DNA of 64,000 nt from Gammaproteobacteria bacterium (GTDB lineage Bacteria > Pseudomonadota > Gammaproteobacteria > JAADJB01): positions 5,939 through 69,938 of the forward strand of contig JAADJB010000053.1 of NCBI GenBank assembly GCA_013151035.1, in the 5' to 3' direction. Shown here one piece after another: positions 11,349-20,482 of the stretch. Numbering within the stretch: the stretch's first letter is position 1; the number at the start of each line of letters is the position of its first letter. A program made the position numbers and the translations under genes. Below the pieces are notes generated by a model that did no database searches, had not been told where the DNA came from, and was given only the letters and a program-made list of their open reading frames with translations.

Positions 11349-11492
11349 CATATTATATTAACACCGAAATGCAATGGATTCCCGCCTGCGCGGGAATGGC
11401 AGTCTAGCGATTTAATAACCGCTAGTCTGAAAAAACACACCGATCATCGGTTTTTACTAGCATACATACACAGGCTGCCCTATAACTCACAC

Positions 11493-12005
11493 ATGCACAA
11501 AAACTATGGATTTACACTCGTTGAACTTATGATCACTCTAGTGATCGCCGGTATCCTGTTAGGACTCGGAGTACCCGCCATGCAAAGCTTTGAACAAAAC
11601 AATCGTATTACCTCACAGGCCAACAACCTGGTATCGGCACTACAAATCACCCGCAGTGAGGCAATCCGCAGTGGCAGTCGCACGACTATCTGTAGTAGTG
11701 ATGATGGTCTAAGTTGTAGTGCCAGTAATGACTGGTCAACGGGTTGGATGGTCTTTGCCGATGGTAGCACTGCAGGCACTAAAGATAGCACCGATACGAT
11801 TATTCAGGTCTGGTCCAGTCTCAGTGGTGACAGTACATTATCGGGGTCAGCCAGTAATATTCAATACCTTGGCACTGGATACCAGGCAACCGCCAGCACC
11901 CTTTCATTCATCCTGACACGTCCATACTGTAGTGGTGATCAAATCCGTACCATCACTGTTAACCCACAGGGTCGCCCTTACACCAAGACTCATACCTGCC
12001 CATAA
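11493..12005 (+). CDS. fimT: type IV pilus minor pilin, GspH/FimT/FimU family
   Basis: Prepilin leader followed by GFTLVELMITLVIAGIL (N-methylation site plus hydrophobic helix). First gene of the fimU-pilVWXY1Y2E-type operon. Confidence 0.8.
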   Translation: MHKNYGFTLVELMITLVIAGILLGLGVPAMQSFEQNNRITSQANNLVSALQITRSEAIRSGSRTTICSSDDGLSCSASNDWSTGWMVFADGSTAGTKDSTDTIIQVWSSLSGDSTLSGSASNIQYLGTGYQATASTLSFILTRPYCSGDQIRTITVNPQGRPYTKTHTCP

Positions 12006-12008
12006 ATT

Positions 12009-12506
12009 ATGAAGAATAACCTACACAAACAAAATGGATTCAGCATGACCGAGGTTCTGGTTACCGTTGTTATCCTGTCGATTGGACTATTAGGCATCGC
12101 TGGCCTGCAGGCCACGGCACTTAGAAATAATCATAGTGCTTACCTGCGCACTCAGGCTACGCTGCTTAGTTATGATATAGCAGATCGTATGCGTGCCAAT
12201 ATGTCTGCAGTCAATGGCGGCTCCTACAATACACCTGCCGCTGCCAGTGTGGCATCCTGTTCCACTGTAGCCGGCTGCAGCTCTGACCAGATGGCACAGA
12301 ATGATGCCTGGCAATGGCGTCAGGAGGTTGCCTCTTTATTACCCAAGGGAGTGGGTATAGTTTGTCTGGATAGTAGCCCCGATGATGGTACTGGTGTCGC
12401 TGCTCCCGCCTGTAGTGGTGGCGGCAGTATCTATGTCATCAAGATCTGGTGGGATGATGATCGCAGTGGCAACCTCAAACGTTTTGTGATGAGTTTTCAA
12501 CCATGA
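12009..12506 (+). CDS. pilV: type IV pilus modification protein PilV (minor pilin)
   Basis: N-terminus GFSMTEVLVTVVILSIGLLG and operon position. Confidence 0.8.
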   Translation: MKNNLHKQNGFSMTEVLVTVVILSIGLLGIAGLQATALRNNHSAYLRTQATLLSYDIADRMRANMSAVNGGSYNTPAAASVASCSTVAGCSSDQMAQNDAWQWRQEVASLLPKGVGIVCLDSSPDDGTGVAAPACSGGGSIYVIKIWWDDDRSGNLKRFVMSFQP

Positions 12507-13468
12507 ATAGAATACCCGCAATAAAAAACCAACACGGATTGACCCTGGTCGAGGTCATGATATCCATCACCATCAGCCTGATCCTGCTGGCAGGCATCCT
12601 CCAGATCTTTGTTGGTACAAAACAGACCTACCGGGTACAGGAGGCCATATCCAGGATACAGGAGAATGGTCGCTTTGCTATGGATTTTCTGGCCAGAAAT
12701 GCACGCATGGCCGACTTCTGGGGTTGCAACCGGGATATGTCAAACTTTAATAATCTGCTTAATCCTGTCAGTGCGGGCTATATCGACTTTATGGGAGGTG
12801 GTGTGGATGGCACTGATAACACCGGACTTAATGGTTCCGATACACTGATCATACGTGGTGCCATTGGTAGTGGAATCATGGTCGAGACACCCTACATGAA
12901 TACCAACGCAGCCAATATCAAGGTCAACGCAAATAATGGACTACAGCAAAATGATGTCGTTGCCATTAGCGATTGTAAGATGGGTGACATCTTCCAGATC
13001 ACCAATGCCAACCCCAACACCAGTGGTACCGTGGTACACAATACCGGAACTGGCAGCATTGGCAACGCCACTAAAAACCTCTCTACCGTCTATCAAGGCG
13101 ATGCCCAGATCTATATCGCCCGCCAGTACTCCTACCAGATCGCAGCAGGTAACAGTGGTGAACCCGCTCTGTTCCGTAGCACTAATGGTGTCAATGAAGA
13201 ATTAGTGGATGGCATTGAAAATATGCAGATCATCTATGGCGAAGATACCGATGGCGATGGTTCTGCCAATTATTATGTATCCGCTGGCAGTGTTGTTGAT
13301 ATGAATAATGTTGTCAGTGTACGCATCTCACTCATGGTGCGTAACCCGGATGACAAGATCACGGATGCAGGGCGCACCTATAGCTATATGGGTAATACCT
13401 TTAGCGCACCTGATCAACGTCTGCGCAAGATATTCACCACAACCATCACCATTCGTAACCGCGTATAG
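12503..13468 (+). CDS. pilW: type IV pilus assembly protein PilW (minor pilin)
   Basis: N-terminus GLTLVEVMISITISLILLAG, size and operon position. Translationally coupled to pilV. Confidence 0.8.
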   Translation: MNRIPAIKNQHGLTLVEVMISITISLILLAGILQIFVGTKQTYRVQEAISRIQENGRFAMDFLARNARMADFWGCNRDMSNFNNLLNPVSAGYIDFMGGGVDGTDNTGLNGSDTLIIRGAIGSGIMVETPYMNTNAANIKVNANNGLQQNDVVAISDCKMGDIFQITNANPNTSGTVVHNTGTGSIGNATKNLSTVYQGDAQIYIARQYSYQIAAGNSGEPALFRSTNGVNEELVDGIENMQIIYGEDTDGDGSANYYVSAGSVVDMNNVVSVRISLMVRNPDDKITDAGRTYSYMGNTFSAPDQRLRKIFTTTITIRNRV

Positions 13469-13477
13469 AGAATAACC

Positions 13478-14014
13478 ATGAATACAACACCCACTCAAGC
13501 ACCCGGTAATAAAAAACAGCAAGGCGCGGTATTGGTTGTAAGTTTGATGATTCTGCTGGTGATGACCCTGCTCGGTCTATCCAGTATGCAAGGCACCATC
13601 CTGGAAGAAAAAATGTCCGGTAATATGCGTGATCGTAACCTGGCTCTTCAATCTTCCGAGGTTGCCATGCGTGACGGCGAGACCTTTGTTAATAACATCG
13701 TTAACACCAGTCAATTTAATGACACCGAGGGGCTCTATGCCTTAGCCACATCCGACCCGGACTACTTCATTTCAAACACCTGGGTCTCTGCTAGAACCTA
13801 CTCCGGAACTATGCCTGCGGTAAAATCACAACCGCGTTATGTCGTTAAACATGTCGGTGATATCAGTGGTGCCGGTGGCTCAATTAATATCGGTGGTTAC
13901 AGTGATAAACCCGTTGGCGGTAATGTAACCACCTTCCGTATCACCTCAAGAGGTACCGGGGGGCGTGATACGACCCAGGTATTATTACAAACCCATTATG
14001 GAAAACGTTTTTAG
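13478..14014 (+). CDS. pilX: type IV pilus assembly protein PilX (minor pilin)
   Basis: N-terminal hydrophobic segment QQGAVLVVSLMILLVMTLLG and operon position. Confidence 0.75.
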   Translation: MNTTPTQAPGNKKQQGAVLVVSLMILLVMTLLGLSSMQGTILEEKMSGNMRDRNLALQSSEVAMRDGETFVNNIVNTSQFNDTEGLYALATSDPDYFISNTWVSARTYSGTMPAVKSQPRYVVKHVGDISGAGGSINIGGYSDKPVGGNVTTFRITSRGTGGRDTTQVLLQTHYGKRF

Positions 14015-14035
14015 TGTGCTTGTCAGGAGTTAATT

Positions 14036-17000
14036 ATGAATCTATCTTATAAAATATTACTACTTACAACAGGCCTATCCTTACTTGCCTTTAATCAGGC
14101 AATAGCATCACCGGGCACCTTGAGCGAAAGCCCATTATTTTTACGCACCAGTTCAGAAGCCAATATTATGATGGTACTGGATGATTCTGGCAGTATGGAC
14201 TGGGAGATTGTATCAAAGGATTACAACTTCAATGCTCTGTTCACAGGATCACAGCCCGATGGTAGTAACCCAACCAGTTCTGGCAACATAAAAAACCGCG
14301 ACAGTAATGATAGTGGTACAGCAAATTGTAGTATTAACAGCGGTACCTTCACAGGATATACCTATGGTGTTGAGTTTGGTAGTAACACCTACGGTGATAA
14401 TAGCTCTGATTGTAATACAGCTGATGATGAGGCATGGCGTTTCCGCAACAGTGTTTTTAACCCCCTGTATTTTGACCCTAACAAGACCTACGTGCCCTGG
14501 TCTGGCGTTGATATCTCTGGTAATCCATTTACCGATATTAATATCACTAATGCCCCGGATAACCCCTATAACCCTGGTGAAACCATTAACCTGACAGTTA
14601 ATAATTCAAACTGGCTGGGTGGCACCAGTCGTGGCACCTCGGATCGAGATAGTGATGGTACCTTTGACGGCTTTCGTTACTACACCTGGGTCGATGCTGA
14701 TAGCGATGGGCTATTTGATAACGGTGAAGAAACCGAACATCAGATCAAGAACGAATCGGCAACGACTCAACAGAATTTTGCTAACTGGTTCAGTTATTAT
14801 CGTAGCCGTGAATTTCTCACCAAATCATCCTTTGGTCTGGTCATTGCCTCTGCCGAGAATGTCCGTATTGGCCTGACCACGATTAATAACAATGCGGGAC
14901 GTGTTGCCATCCAACCCATGAATGCTGATCCTGCTAGCGGAGCCAAGCGCGCCCTACTGGATAGACTCTACTCCATTAACTCATGGTCTGGAACACCCTT
15001 GCGCAGTACACTGTACAATGCTGGTCGCTATCTGGAATGTAAATCCAATTCCCTGTTCACCTCCTGCCCTGCTCTTTCACAGGCCGATGGCGGTGAGTGC
15101 CAACAAAACTTCAGCATACTGATGACCGATGGTTTTTATAATGGTCATTTCCACCTGGGCAACCAGGATGGTGATAATAACACCCAATGGGATAGCGGCA
15201 CCTCGGGTCCCTTTGGTGACCCTTACTCTGATACTCTGGCTGATATTGCCATGAATTTTTATGAGAGAGATATCCAGACCAGTCTGAATGATATGGTGCC
15301 CATCAAAGCCGGGGTTGATGAAGCGGATCACCAGCACGTCGTTAATTACAGTATTGCCTTCGGTACCACAGGGACTATTTCAGCCATGCCCACCAATACC
15401 ACATCCCCTTTCACCTGGCCCAGCCCCTGGGCAGGTAATCTACAAAAAATTGATGATCTGCGCCATGCCGCCTATAACAGCCGTGGGCTTTTCCTTGATG
15501 CCGAGGACCCCAGCACACTAAGTTCAGCCCTATCTGAAATGGTTGAAGACATCGCTGACCGTACCGGTAGTGCGGCAGCTGTAACCTTTAACACCGGTTC
15601 ACTGGAAGCCAACAGTATGGTCTACCTGGCACTGTTCAATTCTAATCGCTGGAGTGGTCAGTTACTCGCCTATGCCCTTGATGGTAACACCGGTGATATC
15701 AATAGCATCGCAAGCTGGGATACAGCCACTGAATTAAACAACCGTAACCTGGCAGTATCACCCCGCGTCATCCTGACCCATGATGGTAGTACCGGCATCC
15801 CCTTTCAGTGGGCCGACCTGGCAAGCACACAACAAGGTGACCTCAAGACCAATCCAGCGGGAGGCACCGACAGTAATGTCATTGGCGAAGCACGCCTTGA
15901 CTTTATACGCGGTGATCGTAGCAATGAAGGCAGTGGTCTTGGTTTCAGGATGCGTAGCAGTCGTCTTGGTGACATCATTCATTCTGCCCCGGTCTTTGTC
16001 GGTGAACCGGAGGTTAACTGGCCCGACGATTCACCCTTCCCCAGCAGTTCGGGCGGGCAATATTCTGACTTCAAAACCACCTACGCCACCCGTGCTGGTG
16101 TCATCTATGTGGGTGCCAATGATGGGATGTTACACGGTTTCCGATCTGATACAGGTCAAGAGGTACTCGCTTATATCCCCAGCAACATGTTCTCCAGCAG
16201 CACCAATGATGGGATGCATTACCTGACAGATCCCGCCTATAGTCATCGTTATTATGTCGACAACTCCCCGGTTATCAGTGATGCCTTCATTAAAACCGCC
16301 TTAACCGGGAGTGCCAAGTGGTCCTCCATATTGTTAGGTAGCGAACGTAGTGGTGGTCGTGGCATGTTTGCCCTGGATGTTACCGATCCATCAACATTTA
16401 CCGAGGCTAACGCATCAAAGATTGTCATGTGGGAATTTTATGAGGCTGATCTGGGCTACACCTACAGTAAGCCTGTTGTCGCCTTGATGAACAATGGTAA
16501 ATGGGCTGCCATCTTTGGCAACGGCTACAATGATACCGGTGCTGGTAGCGCGCAATTATTCGTGCTGTTCCTTGAAGGTGGCCTTGATGGTGTCTGGACA
16601 TACGGCACCGACTACATAAAGATCGACACCAAGGTTGGAACCTCCAGTGACCGTAACGGTATTGCTGGCCCTGCCGTGATTGATACCGATGGCAATGGCA
16701 CCGCAGATCGTGTCTATGCAGGCGATCTCAGGGGTAATCTATGGGCCTTCGATCTAAGTAATGCGACACCATCCAACTGGGCCTCGGTATTCAAGACTGG
16801 ATCGACACCCAAGCCCATGTTTACCACACCCACCGGACAGCCGATTACCAGTACCCCCGAGGTAGCTCCTCATCCAACAGAGGTAACAACCGCTAGCAAT
16901 ACCCCCAATGTTCTGGTCTATTTTGGTACCGGCCAATATCTGGTCAGTAGCGACAGCAGCACCACCACTGGACAGTCCTTCTACGGGGTCTGGGATGGCG

Positions 17001-17533
17001 GCAAGGCCAATCTGACCCGCAGTGATCTGATAGCCCAGACCTTCGCTGCTGGCAGCCCATCAGATGCCCGTGTACTATCCAGTAACAGCGTACCTTACGA
17101 TGCCAATGGTGGTTCAAAACGCTATGGCTGTTATTTTGATCTACCCGATTCAGGAGAGCGTGTCGTCACCGATCCTGTCATCCGTGGTGACTACGTCTAT
17201 TTTAACTCGATGGTGCCTTCAACTGCGATTTGTACCAGTGGTGGTTATGGCTGGCAGATGTCAATCAAGATCGAGAACTGTGGCCAACCTGATGATGCTG
17301 TCTTTGATTACACCGGTGATAATATTGTCGATGCATCCGATCTGCTCAATGGTAATGCCCTGTCCGGACAAAAATTTAATGAAGGCCTACCCGCGCAATC
17401 ATCCTTCCTCGGCGATAAACAATATACCCCGGGCACCGATACCGGTACCGGTGATGAAATTGTCGCCAAAACAGTAGAAACACTGGGTGGTGTCAACACG
17501 GGTCGTCTTTCCTGGGAAGAACTCTCTAAATAA
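14036..17533 (+). CDS. pilY1: type IV pilus tip-associated adhesin PilY1 (N-terminal vWA domain, C-terminal PilC/PilY beta-propeller)
   Basis: 1165 aa with signal peptide. vWA MIDAS motif VLDDSGSMDWE. The C-terminal region has DGNGTADRVYAGDLRGNLWAFDL PilY1-type propeller/calcium-site motifs. Confidence 0.85.
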   Translation: MNLSYKILLLTTGLSLLAFNQAIASPGTLSESPLFLRTSSEANIMMVLDDSGSMDWEIVSKDYNFNALFTGSQPDGSNPTSSGNIKNRDSNDSGTANCSINSGTFTGYTYGVEFGSNTYGDNSSDCNTADDEAWRFRNSVFNPLYFDPNKTYVPWSGVDISGNPFTDINITNAPDNPYNPGETINLTVNNSNWLGGTSRGTSDRDSDGTFDGFRYYTWVDADSDGLFDNGEETEHQIKNESATTQQNFANWFSYYRSREFLTKSSFGLVIASAENVRIGLTTINNNAGRVAIQPMNADPASGAKRALLDRLYSINSWSGTPLRSTLYNAGRYLECKSNSLFTSCPALSQADGGECQQNFSILMTDGFYNGHFHLGNQDGDNNTQWDSGTSGPFGDPYSDTLADIAMNFYERDIQTSLNDMVPIKAGVDEADHQHVVNYSIAFGTTGTISAMPTNTTSPFTWPSPWAGNLQKIDDLRHAAYNSRGLFLDAEDPSTLSSALSEMVEDIADRTGSAAAVTFNTGSLEANSMVYLALFNSNRWSGQLLAYALDGNTGDINSIASWDTATELNNRNLAVSPRVILTHDGSTGIPFQWADLASTQQGDLKTNPAGGTDSNVIGEARLDFIRGDRSNEGSGLGFRMRSSRLGDIIHSAPVFVGEPEVNWPDDSPFPSSSGGQYSDFKTTYATRAGVIYVGANDGMLHGFRSDTGQEVLAYIPSNMFSSSTNDGMHYLTDPAYSHRYYVDNSPVISDAFIKTALTGSAKWSSILLGSERSGGRGMFALDVTDPSTFTEANASKIVMWEFYEADLGYTYSKPVVALMNNGKWAAIFGNGYNDTGAGSAQLFVLFLEGGLDGVWTYGTDYIKIDTKVGTSSDRNGIAGPAVIDTDGNGTADRVYAGDLRGNLWAFDLSNATPSNWASVFKTGSTPKPMFTTPTGQPITSTPEVAPHPTEVTTASNTPNVLVYFGTGQYLVSSDSSTTTGQSFYGVWDGGKANLTRSDLIAQTFAAGSPSDARVLSSNSVPYDANGGSKRYGCYFDLPDSGERVVTDPVIRGDYVYFNSMVPSTAICTSGGYGWQMSIKIENCGQPDDAVFDYTGDNIVDASDLLNGNALSGQKFNEGLPAQSSFLGDKQYTPGTDTGTGDEIVAKTVETLGGVNTGRLSWEELSK

Positions 17534-17547
17534 AGGTAGAAACAATC

Positions 17548-18009
17548 ATGAAAACGATTACATATATTTTGTTATCCGCATTACTGGCAACATCAACCTT
17601 GTTGCAGGCTGCACAAAAAAAACCGGACTATGGTGGTGCCTTTACAGCGGGTTTTAACAAAATAGAAAATAAGGCAAGTCCGAAAGAAAAATCCGAAATC
17701 CAACCTGAATCAGAGGATAAATCAACCAGCAATAATAATACAATAACCACTCTACCGGACAGCTATCCTGAAAGCTTCCAGCGTATCGGCTATATTGATA
17801 GTATCCATGATCAGGATCGCACGATTAGCCTGAATGATGCCTCCTACCAAATAGCTAGCATTATACCCATTCATACACTGAAGGGTGATAGCATTCCCTT
17901 ATCCATGCTTAAACCTTATATACAAATAGGTGTTAGCCTCATAGCCAAAGAAAATATCATCACTGAAATATGGATATTGCCTGATAATTACGGCATTAGC
18001 AGTGAGTAA
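17548..18009 (+). CDS. small secreted hypothetical protein in the PilY2 position of the operon
   Basis: 153 aa with a signal peptide. Lies between pilY1 and pilE, where Pseudomonas has pilY2. No sequence similarity recognised. Confidence 0.45.
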   Translation: MKTITYILLSALLATSTLLQAAQKKPDYGGAFTAGFNKIENKASPKEKSEIQPESEDKSTSNNNTITTLPDSYPESFQRIGYIDSIHDQDRTISLNDASYQIASIIPIHTLKGDSIPLSMLKPYIQIGVSLIAKENIITEIWILPDNYGISSE

Positions 18010-18047
18010 TATATCACAACAGGACAACTCCATAGGGGAATCAGACC

Positions 18048-18434
18048 ATGCAAAAAACAAAGGGTTTTACATTAATCGAGTTACTGATAGCGATGGTTAT
18101 TATCGGTATTCTTGTTGTTCTGGTTTATCCTTCTTACCATGAACAAGTGGTTAAAACCCGACGTACCGATGGACAATCAGCACTAATGGTCGCTGCGCAA
18201 AGTCTGGAACGCTGTTATTCAGAGTTCAATGCCTATAACAATGCCAACTGCACCTTTAGTGCTACATCCGGTGAAGGGTATTATTCCATTGGTGGTACGC
18301 TCACAGCCAGCACTTTCATTCTCAAGGCCACAGCTATTGGAAATCAAACCAATGATACAAAATGTACCTCCCTATCCATTGATCAAACTAATTTAAGAAC
18401 GGCTACTGGATCCAGTCCCAGCGAATGCTGGTAA
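18048..18434 (+). CDS. pilE: type IV pilus minor pilin PilE
   Basis: N-terminus KGFTLIELLIAMVIIGILVVLVYPSY is a type IVa prepilin signature. Last gene of the operon, as in Pseudomonas. Confidence 0.8.
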   Translation: MQKTKGFTLIELLIAMVIIGILVVLVYPSYHEQVVKTRRTDGQSALMVAAQSLERCYSEFNAYNNANCTFSATSGEGYYSIGGTLTASTFILKATAIGNQTNDTKCTSLSIDQTNLRTATGSSPSECW

Positions 18435-18439
18435 TTTGA

Positions 18440-18466
18440 AAGAAATATTGGTGCGTAGTACGCACC
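18440..18466. repeat. 27-bp direct repeat, right copy, flanking the minor-pilin operon; doubles as a bidirectional terminator-like palindrome between pilE and ispH
   Basis: ttggtgcgtagtacgcaccctaccgta; 25 of 27 nt identical to 11322-11348. Confidence 0.7.
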
Positions 18467-19399
18467 CTACCGTAAATCTTTAGGTAGCAAGAAAGTAACG
18501 TCCTCGGTATAGGCATCAGGCTGAGGTATTACGGTACCACCCTGCTCAACCAGATCATCAACCACTTGTTGCACCAGTTGCTCAGGTGCAGAGGCACCTG
18601 CCGTGATCCCGATACAGCTATCTGAGGTAAACCAGGTTTTATTGATATCATCTGCTCCATCAATCAAATAAGCATTAACCCCTTTCTTCTCAGCCAGTTC
18701 ACGTAGACGATTGGAGTTTGAGCTATTCGGTGAACCCACCACCAGGATAATGTCACAATGATCAGCCAGTATCTTTACCGCATCCTGACGATTTTGAGTG
18801 GCATAACAAATATCCGATTTTTTAGGGCCCTGAATAGCAGGGAAATATTGCCTTAAGGCAGCAATAATTGCACTCGCATCATCCATCGACAAAGTTGTCT
18901 GCGTGACAAAGGCACAGGAATCAGGGTTATTAAGTTTAAGCTGCTCGACATCAGCAACATTCTCTACCAGGTAAATCCGTCCCCCCTGGCTAGTATCATA
19001 CTGTCCCATAGTACCTTCTACCTCGGGGTGACCAGCATGACCAATCAGCACACATTCCTGTCCGGCACGAGCATAACGATGAACCTCCAGATGCACCTTA
19101 GTCACTAGAGGACAGGTTGCATCAAACACCTTTAATTGACGTTGCTGCGCCTCCCGTTTAACCGACTCCGGTACACCATGTGCACTAAAAATCAGATTTG
19201 AACCTGCCGGCACCTCATCCAATGATTCAATAAAGACCGCGCCATGCTCACGTAAACATTCCACTACAAAACGGTTATGCACCACCTCATGCCGCACATA
19301 AACAGGGGGTGAAAATAACGCCAGAGTACGTTCCACAATGCCTATTGCCCGATCAACACCCGCACAAAAACCACGCGGACTGGCAAGCATAATATTCAT
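18467..19399 (-). CDS. ispH: 4-hydroxy-3-methylbut-2-enyl diphosphate reductase
   Basis: [20 protein letters not shown]-terminus and conserved Cys residues of IspH/LytB. Confidence 0.95.
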   Translation of the reverse strand: MNIMLASPRGFCAGVDRAIGIVERTLALFSPPVYVRHEVVHNRFVVECLREHGAVFIESLDEVPAGSNLIFSAHGVPESVKREAQQRQLKVFDATCPLVTKVHLEVHRYARAGQECVLIGHAGHPEVEGTMGQYDTSQGGRIYLVENVADVEQLKLNNPDSCAFVTQTTLSMDDASAIIAALRQYFPAIQGPKKSDICYATQNRQDAVKILADHCDIILVVGSPNSSNSNRLRELAEKKGVNAYLIDGADDINKTWFTSDSCIGITAGASAPEQLVQQVVDDLVEQGGTVIPQPDAYTEDVTFLLPKDLR

Positions 19400-19869
19400 T
19401 CACCATGATCCTCTGAGGATAACGCCTCAACTAACAAAATCTCGGTTTTCAACAAGATGTCATGCCCTGCCAGCGGATGATTAAAATCAACCTGCACCTG
19501 TTCATCTTCCACTGCAATCACCAGTGCCGGTACTTCACCCTGACCTTCAAGTGAAAAAGACACCACAGAACCCGGCTTAATCTCCATATCATCAGGAAAA
19601 TCATTGCGTAAAACAGGGTAAATAGCCCCCTCCTCACGCACACCATAGGCATCTTTAGCGGTAATCAGAATTTTCTCACGACTACCAGCACGCAGACCAT
19701 AAAGCGCGTATTCCAGACCCGCTATCAAGCTGCCATCACCCATCACCAGATCAATCGGATCATCGGCAAAGGTATCCTCCACCACAGTACCATCCTCCAG
19801 CGTAATAGAGAGATGAAGCCGCACACGATCACCCGGTTCAATCACCTTCACAGGCTTATTTTCCATCAC
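19396..19869 (-). CDS. fkpB: FKBP-type peptidyl-prolyl cis-trans isomerase (FkpB/SlpA-like)
   Basis: 157 aa; [31 protein letters not shown] fold; conserved position between lspA and ispH. Confidence 0.85.
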   Translation of the reverse strand: MMENKPVKVIEPGDRVRLHLSITLEDGTVVEDTFADDPIDLVMGDGSLIAGLEYALYGLRAGSREKILITAKDAYGVREEGAIYPVLRNDFPDDMEIKPGSVVSFSLEGQGEVPALVIAVEDEQVQVDFNHPLAGHDILLKTEILLVEALSSEDHGE

Positions 19870-20362
19870 TACTATCCTGAGTTTTAATACTATCCACCAG
19901 TAGCAATACCACCCCTACCGTAATCGCTGAATCGGCAATATTAAATGCCGGCCAGTGCCAGCCATTATAATAGACATCAATAAAATCGATAACGTAACCG
20001 TGCAATAGACGATCTACAATATTACCAATGGCACCACCCAGAACCAAAGCAAGAGCGATTGCCACACGTCTATCCGCACGCGACAAACCCCGCATCCAGA
20101 ATAATAATACTGTACTAATCACCACCCCGATAACAACAAAGAACCAGCGTTGCCAACCCGAGGCATCACTCAAAAAACTAAAGGCAGCCCCAGGGTTATA
20201 AAGTAACAAGAGATTCAACTGCGGAATAAGTGCAACCGGTTGAGCATAATCCAGACCCGTATCCGCCAGATACTTCGTCAACTGATCCAACACCAGCACC
20301 AGCAAGGATAACCACAACCACGACAACATCGAACTAGATTTAACCATTACACACCCTATCAA
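19856..20362 (-). CDS. lspA: lipoprotein signal peptidase II
   Basis: Four predicted TM segments plus NIVDRL and FNIAD motifs. The true start is probably a few codons into the ORF. Confidence 0.85.
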   Translation of the reverse strand: MIGCVMVKSSSMLSWLWLSLLVLVLDQLTKYLADTGLDYAQPVALIPQLNLLLLYNPGAAFSFLSDASGWQRWFFVVIGVVISTVLLFWMRGLSRADRRVAIALALVLGGAIGNIVDRLLHGYVIDFIDVYYNGWHWPAFNIADSAITVGVVLLLVDSIKTQDSSDGK

Positions 20363-20370
20363 CTACTCAA

Positions 20371-20477
20371 GAGGCAGGGATTGCTCCTCTCTAACAGAGA
20401 CCGTCAGCCGCAGGGATGCGAGCCTACACGGACGTATTCACGGCGTGTCTCTGTTAGAGAGGAGCAATCCCTGCCTC
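20371..20477. repeat. intergenic palindromic element, family B, copy 1 (perfect 31-bp inverted repeat around a 45-nt core)
   Basis: gaggcagggattgctcctctctaacagagac ... gtctctgttagagaggagcaatccctgcctc. The core gagcctacacggacgtattcacggcgtgtctctg is shared with 55005-55090. Confidence 0.75.
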
Positions 20478-20482
20478 GAACT

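Noticed and set aside
10852-11361. 169-aa ORF on the plus strand
   Set aside because: Entirely antisense to the well-supported ThiO-like oxidase gene; it has Pro/His-rich low-complexity sequence.
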